64,000 nucleotides of DNA, taken from assembly GCF_006345805.1 (NCBI RefSeq), contig NC_043001.1, forward strand, positions 75,206,001 to 75,270,000. Direction: 5' to 3'. The notes under the pieces were generated by a model. It was not told the DNA's origin. It made no database searches and saw only the letters and a program-made list of their open reading frames with translations. This document shows, one piece after another, positions 25,626-37,459 of the stretch (position 1 is its first letter; each line of letters begins with the position of its first letter). The stretch is from Octopus sinensis (taxonomy: Eukaryota). A program made the position numbers and the translations under genes.

Positions 25626-26182
25626 TGCCCTGATGCAGTGCCAGGCAGTGGCTTTCATGGCCTCTGATCTTAACTGACTAGAAGTGTTATCATGTATATG
25701 TTTTGTTTTGGTATAAAAGATGGGCTACAGCAAATATTCTACTGAATATCACAGATTTGCTTGTCACTTGCTTAACTTTTACCATTTGGGCATCTCCCTT
25801 AACTGACAATATGTGCTTCTCTAATCACGAGCAGAAATAGTTGGCGGGGCTGAGCATCAAAGCCATATGTTGAAAGGAATTCTTTGGGGTTTGAATAATT
25901 CGCCTCTGGAAACATGGGTGTTTCGTTCAACATTCATAAACAAACCTTATTTAGGGGCCGTTTGTGCTTGATGGACTACTCGAGCTGAAGAAAATTCTAA
26001 GTGGGCCCTACCTGCAAAGTCCAGCGCAATTTATCTTGTTATGAAATCACAATGTCACGCACATGTGGTTGTGATGCATGTGCCTAAGTATACCCTTATG
26101 TGAAGGGTATTCATGATGAGTATATTGGGCTTCGTATATTTGTATCTCAGTGTCACTTTGATGGCATGTGCTGCTCTCTCAG
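25626..26182 (+). mobile_element. (AAT)n-associated ~555-nt non-coding retroposon, copy 1 (full length)
   Basis: tgccctgatgcag..ctgctctctc, flanked by AAT repeats; homologous to five other copies. Confidence 0.85.
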
Positions 26183-26193
26183 TAATAATAATG

Positions 26194-26259
<66 letters not shown>

Positions 26260-26293
26260 TAATAATAATAATAATAATAATAATAGAAATAAA

Positions 26294-26357
<64 letters not shown>

Positions 26358-26409
26358 GTAACAGCAACAAAAACGACAACAATAATAACAGTAATGATAA
26401 TAATAATAT

Positions 26410-27100
26410 AACACGTGTTACAAGCGACGGAAATCGAAACAAAAACAAAGCGACTTCCCACAAACGAATATAAATAGGAGCAAATTAGTCACTCAGATTA
26501 AAACATCACTAAACATTTATGCCCAGAAACATATCTACCAAAAAACATTAGAGGCTTAGAGGTGAATGCCGACCTATTAGCTTCATGCAGCTACTATACG
26601 ATAAATATATCCATTCGAAGAAAATGAATGCGGTGTCATGTCAAAAAAGTCAATTCTGAACAAATAAACCAGTCTCCTAACGTCACCGTCAACGTTTTAA
26701 TGACAAGCCAAAACTCACGCCGGATCGGTCATCACCGACAGACCGATCTAGGCTAATAAACCAGACATAATCATTAAATCCAGGGAGGAAAATACTTGTA
26801 GACTAATAGATGTAAGTGTTCCCACTGATAAAAATATATCTATAAAAATATAGCTGAGGACCATGTCTGAGAGAAATCCAAAAGATTCTGCTGACAAGTA
26901 CTATTCACATCCTTAGAAAAGACCTTATCAATTTATATGTCCGTGTTGTATTACATGAAGATATTTCACTACTGCTCTTACCACTTCCTCTCCCCAGGCT
27001 TTCTGTCATACTGTACAATCTCTTATCCTTCACTCGCCCTAGGACGCTGGGTATGTCGCGACAAGTGATTGTAGCAAACATGCAGATTAAAAGTAAACAA
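26410..27100 (+). mobile_element. Decayed R4/Dong-type LINE 3' fragment
   Basis: LLTSTIHILRKDL resembles the R4 C-terminal LLGTAHILRK; sits between AAT/AAC tracts. Confidence 0.5.
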
Positions 27101-27221
27101 CAACAACAACTACAACAATAATTTTTTTATTAATCTTTGACACAAAATCAGCAATTCTGAGGTGAGGAGGATGTCGTTTACATCAATCTCGGTGCTAAAG
27201 ATTTTACTAGCTCGTAGCCTC

Positions 27222-27294
<73 letters not shown>

Positions 27295-27295
<1 letters not shown>

Positions 27296-27835
27296 CCAGG
27301 CAGTGGCTCTCATGGCTTCTGATCTTAACTGATTGGAAGTGTTATCATGTACATTGTTTTGTCTTGGTATAAAAGATGGGCTACAGCAAATATTCTGCTC
27401 AATACCATAGATTTGCTAGTCAGTTGTTTGACCTTAACCAGTTGAGCATGTCCCTTAGTGGCTGACGATATGTGCAACTCTGATCACGAGCAGAAGTAGT
27501 GGGGGAGCATCATAGCCATGTGTTGGGAGGGATTCTTTGGGGTTTGAATAATTCACCTCTGGAAACATGGGTGTTTCTTTCAACATCCTTAAACAACCCT
27601 TATTCAGGGACTTTTTGAGCGGGATGTGCTACTCAACCTGAAGAAAATTCTAACTGGGCCCCACCTGCAAGGTCATGTGATGTTTATATTGATATGAGAT
27701 CACCATGTCGCGCACATGTGGTTGTGATGCATGTGTCTGGTGTACCCTTATCAGACGGGTAGTCATGATGGGTATATTGGTCTTCGTATATTTTACCCCA
27801 GTGTCACTTTGATGGCATGAACTGCTCTCTCACTC
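27295..27835 (+). mobile_element. AAT-associated retroposon copy 2 (5' truncated by ~15 nt)
   Basis: Same body and 3' end ctgctctctcactc(aat)n. Confidence 0.85.
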
Positions 27836-27894
27836 AATAATAATAATAATAATGATGATAATAATGATAATAATAATAATAGTAATAATGATTT

Positions 27895-28334
27895 CATTTA
27901 TTTGCCACAAGGATAAAAGATGAGGAAGACAAGACAAAAGCTGACATAAACGTAGAAGTTATACTTGGATTCTCAACGCTACACACTGTCCAAAAAATAG
28001 CCCTGCTGGGAACAGCCCACATCTTACGCAAGGCACTAATCAATCCAATAATACAACTTAAACAAAACAAACTAGAAATACAAGACAGTCTATGCAACAA
28101 TTACCCAATGAAATAAATTCCACCAGCAAGCTAATAACCAGTGCATTACACCCTCAGCACACAATACAAGCAGTAACACAGCAAAATACTGCATCACACC
28201 TCAAGAAGAAAAAATACTAATACTGGGAAGTGTTTGCACACTCCCAACAGCAGAAAAGAACACATTAAAGGCAGACAGCATAGCAGCTGATGTCGTAGAA
28301 ATTTACCCCAATCTACCAAATGTTGAACAATTAT

Positions 28335-28335
<1 letters not shown>
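27895..28335 (+). mobile_element. R4/Dong-type LINE 3' fragment
   Basis: HTVQKIALLGTAHILRKAL plus a 3' UTR ending in (AAT)n. Confidence 0.75.
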
Positions 28336-28368
<33 letters not shown>

Positions 28369-28392
28369 TAATAATAATAATAATAATAATAA

Positions 28393-28864
28393 TTGGTATA
28401 AAAGATGGGCTACAGCAAATATTCTGCTCAATACCACAGATTTGCTTGTCAGTTGTTTGACCATAACCAGTTGACCATGTCCCTTAGTGGCTGACGATAT
28501 GTGCATCTCTGATCACGAGTAGAAGTAGTGGGGGAGCATTATAGCCATGTGTTGAGAGGGATTCTTTGGGGTTTGAATGATTCACCTCTGGAAACATGGG
28601 TGTTTCATTCAACATCTTTAAACAACCCTTAATCAGGGACCTTTTGAGTGAGATGTGTTACCCGACCAGAAGAAAATTCTAACTGGGCCCCATCTGCAAG
28701 GTCATGCGCTGTTCATCTTGTTATGAGATCACCATGTCGCGCACATATGGTTGTGATGCATGTGCCTGGTGTACCCTTATCAGACGGGTAGTCATGATGG
28801 GTATACTGGGCTTCGTATATTTTACACCAGTATCACTTTGATGGCATGCACTGCTCTCTCACTC
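28393..28864 (+). mobile_element. AAT-associated retroposon copy 3 (5' truncated)
   Basis: Starts at ttggtataaaagatggg; intact 3' end. Confidence 0.85.
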
Positions 28865-28899
28865 AATAATAATAAAAATAATAATAATAAAGATAATAA

Positions 28900-29454
28900 T
28901 GCCCTGATGCAGTACAAGGTGGTGGCTCTCGTGGCTTCTGATCTTAACTGATTGGAAGTGTTATCATGTACGTTGTTTTGTCTTGGTATAAAAGACGGGC
29001 TACAGCAAATATTCTGCTCATTACAACAGATTTGCTTGTCATTTGTTTGACCGTAACCAGTTGACAATGTCCCTTAGTGGCTGACGATATGTGCAACTCT
29101 GATCACGGACAAAAGTAGTGGGGGAGCATCATAGCCATGTGTTGAGAGGGATTCTTTGGAGTTTGAATAATTCACCTCTGGAAACATGGGTGTTTCTTTC
29201 AACATCCTCAAACAACCCTTATTCAGGGATCTTTTGAGTGGGATGGGCTACGCGACCAGAAGAAAATTCTAACTGGGCCCCACCTGCAAGGTCATGTGCT
29301 GTTTATATTGATATGAGATCACCATGTCGCGCATATATGGTTTTGATGCATGTGCCTGGTGTACCCTTATCAGATGGTTAGTCATGATGGGTATACTGGG
29401 CTTCGTATATTTTACCTCAGTGTCACTTTGATGGCATGCACTGCTCTCTCACGC
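28900..29454 (+). mobile_element. AAT-associated retroposon copy 4 (full length)
   Basis: tgccctgatgcag start; intact 3' end. Confidence 0.85.
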
Positions 29455-29485
<31 letters not shown>

Positions 29486-29486
<1 letters not shown>

Positions 29487-29931
29487 GATGGGCTACAACA
29501 AATATTCTGCTCAATACCACAGTTGTTTGACCTTAACCAGTTGAACATGTCCCTTAGTGGCTGACGATATGTGCATCTGTGATCATGAGCAGAAGCAGTG
29601 GGGGAGCATCATAGCCATGTGTTGAGAGGAATTCTTTGGGATTTGAATAATTCACCTCTGGAAACATGGGTATTTCATTCAATGTCCTCAAACAACCCTT
29701 ATTCAGGGACCTTTTGAGCGGGATGGGTTACTCAACCAGAAGAAAATTCCAACTGGGCCCCATCTGCAATGTCATGTGCTGTTTATATTGATATGAGATC
29801 ACCATGTCGCGCACATATGGCTGTAATGCATGTGCCTAGTGTACCCTTATTAGACGGGTAGTCATGATGGGTATACTGGGCTTCGTATATTTTACCCCAG
29901 TGTCACTTTGATGGCATGTACTGCTCTCTCA
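29486..29931 (+). mobile_element. AAT-associated retroposon copy 5 (5' truncated)
   Basis: Starts at agatgggctac; intact 3' end. Confidence 0.85.
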
Positions 29932-29932
29932 T

Positions 29933-29996
<64 letters not shown>

Positions 29997-30000
29997 TAAC

Positions 30001-30032
<32 letters not shown>

Positions 30033-30034
<2 letters not shown>

Positions 30035-30510
30035 TGAAATAACAGAGAACTGGTATTAGCATGTGCCAAATAAAGTTATGCAGGAGGATGGAAAAGTAAG
30101 GGTACTCTAGGACTATGATTTTTATGACAGATCGTGTAATCGAACACCGTCGACCGGATATTGTCATATTGAATAACAGAGACAAATACTGGTACATCAT
30201 TGATGTAGCCATACCAAATGACATGAATGTTGAAAAAAATCATCAAATTCTCCGAATTGAAAATAGAAATGGCCAGACCGTATCGAATGCGAGAGGGTAA
30301 TATAAAAGTGACACCACCGGTGATCGGACCGTTGGGCTCAATACCATTGAAACTTCAAAACTTCTTAAGGCAACTGGAAATCCCATGCAAGATTGATGTC
30401 TTGCAAAAAAGCAGCTTTATTGGGCTGTATTATCTGTCTGAGGTCCTTGTTGTGACTTGACAGATGACTAAAGACTTCAGTGCATTTTACCTACACTGTG
30501 TTACGAGAAA
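30033..30510 (+). mobile_element. R4/Dong-type LINE 3' fragment (RLE endonuclease)
   Basis: DRVIEHRRPDIVILN..IIDVAIPNDMN and PVIGPLGSIP..LQK; AAT tracts on both sides. Confidence 0.85.
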
Positions 30511-30521
30511 TAATAATAATG

Positions 30522-30552
<31 letters not shown>

Positions 30553-30572
30553 TAATAAAAATATTAATAATG

Positions 30573-30605
<33 letters not shown>

Positions 30606-30634
30606 CTAATAATAATAATATAATAATAATAATA

Positions 30635-30698
<64 letters not shown>

Positions 30699-30707
30699 TA
30701 TAATAAT

Positions 30708-33700
30708 AGCCACTAATAGCCGCCACTGAAACAAATAGCAATATTACTGAGCTAAATGACTTAGTATATGCAGCAGCCACTGCAGCCACAAAAGAAGCTG
30801 GATACTCCCTCAAACCCATCCAAACAGGAGTACCACCACCTAAACAAACCCTGTGGATAAATAACATAAAAAAATACAAAAAATGAGAAAAGATCTGACG
30901 GTTCTTAACGAAATCAGTAGACAATCAACGCTACTAAGCAACAAAAAGAAAACAAAAATACTGTGCAAATACAACATCACAGAAAATGATTTACCTGAGA
31001 TAAAAGAAAAGCTAAAGCAAGATATCCTTGCCAAAACACAAAGGATCCGCCGGTACGAGAAACGCCAACGTTTCTTTGAACAAAACAAACAGTTCAACTC
31101 CGACCCCCAAAAGTTCTACCAAGAACTTGGCAAAAATAAAATAGACATCACTGCAGCACCAACCGCAGAAGTGGAAAAATTCTGGAAAGAAATATGGTCG
31201 GCGAATGAACAGCCAAAAAAAAAAGAGTATTAAAACAACAAACTTAGCATCTGAGCAACTTTGGACCCCCATAACAACTGAAGAGGTCACCCAGGCACTG
31301 CAAAGACTAAGCAACTGGAAGGCACCTGGGAATGACAAGATCCCCAACTTATGGTTGAAATATCTAACAGGAATGCACAAAAAGCTGGCTGAAAACTTTA
31401 ACAACATACTGGAAGAGCCAGAGACAATGCCTGAATGGCTCACGAAGGGGAAAACCACCTTAATTCCCAAATCCAACGGGACAGCAAAACTAGAAAACTA
31501 CAGACCTATAACCTGTCTCCCTACAATGTACAAAGCGTTTACTGCAGTAATATCACAACGATTGAACAAGCACCTGGACGAAAACAACCTGTTTCCAGAA
31601 GAGCAGAAAGGATGCCGCAAAGGCTCATATGGCTGTAAAGATCAACTAATGATCAATAAAGCCATAACTGAAGAGAGCTACAGAAAGAAAAAATGCTTCA
31701 GTATGGCCTGGATCGACTACAGAAAGGCGTTTGATAGCATTCCCCACACATGGATCCTCGAAACACTAGCCATTAACAAAGTAGCACCAACAATTATAAA
31801 ATACATAGGACACTCTATGAATAAATGGCAGACAGTGCTACAGCTCCAAACAAAAGAGGGACTCATGAAAATCAAAGCCATTCCCATTCGAAGAGGAATA
31901 TTCCAGGGAGACACTGTCTCTCCACTCCTTTTCTGCTTGGCACCGTCACCTCTATCGGACATGCTAAACAGAACTGGATGCGAATATAAATGTTACGACA
32001 AAACGATCAGCCACCTTTTATATATGGATGACCTAAAACTATACGCTGCAAATGACAAACAGCTGGAAACACTACTAAAGACAGTTCATGGATTTACCAA
32101 AGAAATAGATATGAAATTTAGATTAGAAAAATGCGCCAAAGTAACCCTGAAAAGAGGAAAACTAGTTAAGAGTAGCAACATCACACTAGATAAAACCAAT
32201 GAAATAAAAGAATGAGACCAAAGCCAAACTTACAAATACTTAGGAACCCATGAACTAGATAAGACACAAAACACACAAATGAAAGAGGGAAAAAAAAAGA
32301 ATATTAGTGACGAGTTAGATCAATACTAAAAACAGAGCTCAATGCTAAAAACAAGATAATAGGTATTAACACTTTAGCCGTCCCAGTTATAAGTTACAGC
32401 TACAATATCCTTAACTGGACACTAAATGAGCTGACCAAAATAGATAGGAAAACAAGAAAAATAATGACAGGATCTAGGTTGCATCACCCAAAATCTGACT
32501 TAGAAAGGCTATATATACAACGTATAGAAGGTGGTAGAGACCTTATACAGCTGGAAAACTACTATAAAATAACCACCATAGGACTGCAGAAGGAAAGAAA
32601 ACTAATACAAATAGCGGCAAAACACGAGCAAAACAAAAAACTGTTCTCAGTATTTAAGGAAGCTGACAAATACAAACAAGAAATCATACCACCTAACAAT
32701 TATGGAGAAGAAGAAGAAGAAGAAGAAGAAGAAGAAGAAGAAAAAGAAGAAGAAGAAGAAGAAGAAGAAGAAGAAGAAAAATAAGAAAAAGAAGAAGAAG
32801 AAGAAGAAGAAGAAGAAGAAGAAGAAGGAGAAGAAGAAGAAGAAGAAGAAGAAGAAGAAGAAGAAGAAACAACAAAAGCTTTAAAACAAATGAAATCCAA
32901 ACTAAAACTAGAACAGCAACGAACCATGATAAAACGATGGCAAGAAAAGCCCCTTCATGGCAAATACTGGACTAAACTAAATGCAAAAGAAATAGACAAA
33001 GAAAAATCCCAGCAATGGTTGAGAAGCTCAGGACTCAAAACAGAGACAGGGATTTTTAATTGCAGCACAAGACCAAAGCCTCCCCACCAGAAATTACCAA
33101 AAACATGTAATGAAAAGACATATAACAAGTAACTACAGAATATGTGGAGATGGACAAGAAACAATAAATCATATTATCTCTGGCTGCCCAGTCCTGGCTA
33201 AGAAGGAATATATTCACATACACGACAGGGTTAGGACCTACATACACTGGAAGCTATGCCAACATTATGGAATAACAAAAGAAAAAAGATGGTATAGGCA
33301 CACACCAGAAAAGGTCACAGAAAACGAGAAAGCAACCATACTCTGGGATATGCCAATACACACAGATAGATAAATTAAGGCGAACAGACCAGATATAGTT
33401 GTCAGTAATAATGAAGAAAAAACTGCTTTCTAATTGATGTATCAATACCAGCAGATGACAACGTTTCTTTAAAAGAAATGGAGAAACTTTCAAAATACAA
33501 AGACCTGGAAACTGAGGTAACCAGAATGTGGAATCTAAAAACAGAAACAATTCCTATCATAGTAGGTGCATTAGGCATGATAAAAAAATGTTCAGACAAA
33601 TACATAACAAAAGCACCAGGACTTACAAACACATATAACATACAGAAAATTGCACTACTAGGCACTGCACACATCCTACGCAGAACACTTTCCATACAGT

Positions 33701-33796
33701 AACCATCAGAGCATCACAACAAATCACTGCACATACCCAAGGCACACAGAGCTGCGCTCGGTAGTGAAGTGAAAGCACGCTATAAAAATAAAACTA

Positions 33797-33800
<4 letters not shown>
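30708..33800 (+). mobile_element. 5'-truncated, frameshifted R4/Dong-clade LINE (RT, CCHC, restriction-like endonuclease)
   Basis: KAFDSIPH, RGIFQGDTVSPLLF, LYMDDLKL; ETINHIISGC; RPDIVV..LIDVSIP.DDN..EKLSKYKDL; LLGTAHILRR; (ATA)n tail; internal (GAA)n expansion at 32706-32868. Confidence 0.95.
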
Positions 33801-33874
<74 letters not shown>

Positions 33875-33875
<1 letters not shown>

Positions 33876-34429
33876 GCCCTGATGCAGTACCAGGCAGTGG
33901 CTCTCATGGCTTCTGATCTTAACTGATTGGAAGTGTTATCATGTACATTGTTTTGTCTTGGTATAAAAGATGGGCTACAGCAAATATTCTGCTCAATACC
34001 ACAGATTTGCTTGTCAGTTGTTTGACCTTAACCAGTTGAGCATGTCCCTTAGTGGCTGACGATATGTGCATCTCTGATCACGAGCAGAAGTAGTGGGGGA
34101 GCATCATAGCCGTGTGTTGAGAGGGATTCTTTGGGGTTTGAATAGTTCACCTCTGGAAACATGGGTGGTTCTTTCAACATCCTTAAACAACCCTTATTCA
34201 GGGACCGTTTGAGCGGGATGGGCTACTCAACCTGAAGAAAATTCTAACTGGGCCCCACCTGCAAGGTCATGTGCTGTTTATCTTGATATGAGATCACCAT
34301 GTCGCGCACATATGGTTGTGATGCATGTGCCTGGTGTACCTTTATCAGACGGGTAGTCATGATGAGTATATTGGGCTTCGTATATTTTACCCCAGTGTCA
34401 CTTTGATGGCATAAACTGCTCTCTCACTC
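33875..34429 (+). mobile_element. AAT-associated retroposon copy 6 (full length)
   Basis: Follows the (AAT)n tail of the R4 LINE directly. Confidence 0.87.
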
Positions 34430-34639
34430 AATAATAATAATAATCAAATTTTGAGATGTGGTTGGCAATTTTAGGGGAGGTGACAGTCTATTTACATCAA
34501 GATCAGTACTCAACTGGTACTTATTTCATTAACCTAGGTGGGGTTTGAACTCAGAACGCATAAGAATTGTTTTTAATGTATGTAGAAGTTCATAACGCTG
34601 GAGATGTACTACTCTGTCAGCTGTTCACTACAACTGAAC

Positions 34640-35063
34640 TAAGGTAATGCCTCTTCTTTTTTGAGCACCTTCCGGAGTATTTCAACGGTTCCAAGAAGCG
34701 CTGTTTTCTGCAAGTGCTCTACCCTTATTGCAGCTTTTATTTGTTCCACGTACTTCTCGAGGTTTTTGCTCACTGTTCCCAGGGCTCCGACAATTATTGA
34801 TACTACTGCTACCTTTTTCATCGACCACAACAGCTAACCTGACATATCTCTCTCAGCGTATTTTACAAGACTATGTCCGGCTTCCTTTTCTCTATCTCAT
34901 TTCTATTTTCGACGATGCCTTCAGGTTTGTGGTCGTACCAATTTTTTACTCTGTCAAGTCCATACTTGTTGCAGAGTGCCCAAAGACAAGCCTGGCTATA
35001 TTGTCGTGGCGTCTCTTATATTCCTTCTCGGCTAGTGGCGTACATAAGAAATATAAGAGACGC

Positions 35064-35066
<3 letters not shown>
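34640..35066 (-). mobile_element. R4/Dong-type LINE 3' fragment, opposite strand
   Basis: RHDNIAR, KPDIVL, IIVGALGTVSKNLEKY..LQKTALLG; adjacent (TTA)n on + equals (AAT)n in element sense. Confidence 0.8.
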
Positions 35067-35130
<64 letters not shown>

Positions 35131-35489
35131 TAGCGTTCATAATGAAAAAGAAAGGAAATAATTAAAAAGAATGTTGAACAGTCTGCAACGAATTGAAAGG
35201 TTGCATCAATTTTATGTCTAATGTAGAGTTCGGTAAAGAAGTACGAGTTGAAACGTTAAAAGAAATGAAGGAGTCAAAATATATACAATAGGGAGTATAC
35301 GAAGATTCATAATAAACAACAACAGTGTTTAAAAAATTTGAAGCAAAAAAAACTTATAGAAAGAAATATCCGTTGAAAAATAATACAAAATAACTGACTA
35401 CTAACAAACATAGATCCTACCAAAGACCAGCAGAAACACTAAAACAAAACTCATCAAACACAATAAATATTCTTATCTACTCTAGGCAC

Positions 35490-35869
35490 AAGGCCCGAAA
35501 TTTTGGGAGAGAGGTCAGTCGTTTAGATCGACACCAGTACGCAACTTGTACTTAATTTATCGACCCCGGAAGGATGAAAGGCCAGGTCGACCTCGGTGGA
35601 ATTTCAACTCAGGATGTAAAGACAGACGAAATATCTATTTCTTCACTACCCACAAGGGGCTAAACACAGAGAGGACAAGCAAGGATAGACAAACGGATTA
35701 TGTCGACTACATCGACCCCAGTGCATAACTGGTACTTAATTTATCGACTTCGAAAGGATGAAAGGCAAAGTCGACCTCAGCGGGATTTGAACTCAGAACG
35801 TAACGGCTGACGAAATACGGCTACGCATTTCGCCCGGCGTGCTAACGATTCTGCCAACTCGCCGCCTTA
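35490..35869 (-). mobile_element. tRNA-headed SINE family B, tandem dimer
   Basis: A-box tggcagaatcgtt, B-box gagttcaaatcc, core gtcgactttgcctttcatcctttcg..gataaattaagtaccag repeated with a fixed linker. Confidence 0.8.
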
Positions 35870-35890
35870 AACACAATAAATATTTCTTAC

Positions 35891-36044
35891 CTAAAACCTT
35901 TTGTTTTACAAAGTGCTTCTGCTATGTGGTTAGGCATGGAACGCATTGCTAAAATCGATTTTACGCCACTTATTGTAATATTCACAGTTCCTTTTGTTCC
36001 TTCTGAAAGTGAAACTCCGAGCCTATGTGTTCGGTACACTGAAT
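35891..36044 (-). CDS. SRCR gene exon 9: divergent domain 5 N-half, SVYRTHRLGVSLSEGTKGTVNITISGVKSILAMRSMPNHIAEALCKTKGF
   Basis: ttctttcaAG acceptor (an in-frame alternative AG gives start 36038), GTAAGA donor; phase 1 to 2; G.V.I and A..LC...GF match the SRCR skeleton. Confidence 0.8.
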
Positions 36045-37206
36045 CTTGAAAGAAAATCATGAAAAAAAAAAAAGAACTCAATTGAGTAATTTATTAAATA
36101 TAGTTAAATTAGAAATATTTTAATAGGTTTTCTGGCGTGGAGAATAAGTGTATGATCTGTCAAAGTAGTTATAATCATTTAACTATAGTGATGACAAACA
36201 TAAATGTTTACCTGTGATGCAGTTACGACGTGGTTGTATAGTTACGTAAAGTTACATGGAAAATTTAGATATGCCTTGCTCTTGGTTATCGATTCTCTTT
36301 GGATGGTAATTTCTAAGACTCTTTTATTTATATGGAGCTTATAAAGAAGTTGAAAGACCAGAAGAGAAATGGAATTATATTCACTCTCAATGGATCAGCA
36401 AACAGTAGTATGTGTTTCCTTACAATAAAGATGTTACGTATTTCAGCGGTGAAATATCTTGTTTATCCAAATGTATCATTTATCATTTGTATCTCGAGGG
36501 AGGCATTATGACAATATTAAGAAAACACACTGAGTCAATTTCACTACTTATTTTAAACTTGGTAACTTATTTAACGAATTAACTAATCAATAGTTTGATC
36601 GATTGTTAGGTCTGTTAATAAATCAGCTAGGCTCAAGTTGATCAAAGTCCTTTCTTCACCATTCGCGACTGGTTAAAGGTCTGTTTCTGTCAGCCTTATT
36701 GTCTGTCTCTGAAGACGTTTTAACGAACGAGTCCAGATGAAGAATCGTGTAAGCCAAATACAAATGCGAATAATTTATCAAGCAATACAACAAAGATAGA
36801 AGAGAGATAAACGTCTCTCATGAATTCAAACCAGCCACCATCTTTTAGTTCCTATTTGACTCAGTATCACCTCAGCTAGGCCTGATATCATTCACCACAT
36901 TTCTTCTAGTTGTTATCATATACAACCTTTCTGTCGGGTCAAAACGTTATATATTGGCAGCATAACATTTCTGAAAGCTTCTACATAAGCTACACATAAA
37001 ATTTAATAAAACTTTTACATGAATTAGAAATCAGATTTGAAACGTCACTTCATGTTTGAGCAATGGATTAAATATTTAAAATAATCGCTCTTCCTCCCTC
37101 TGTCTCCTTTTCTCACTATCTATCTGTCTATCAATCAATTTATATATCTGTCTCTACTGATATCAATATATGAATACATATACACATACATAGAAATATA
37201 CATAGG

Positions 37207-37237
<31 letters not shown>

Positions 37238-37400
37238 GTACCAAACTAATATATATATCCATATATATACATATATTTATACATATACATATATACATAT
37301 ATATACATATTATATATGTAAATATGTATGCATATATGTCATATATATATATATACACTTATACATACATACACGCACACGCACACGCACACGCACACGC

Positions 37401-37454
<54 letters not shown>

Positions 37455-37459
37455 TGTTG

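Noticed and set aside
25626-34429. Regularly recurring 555-nt units as a CRISPR-like or satellite array
   Set aside because: Spacing is irregular, the copies are variably 5'-truncated, and the intervening DNA is LINE fragments and AAT repeats.
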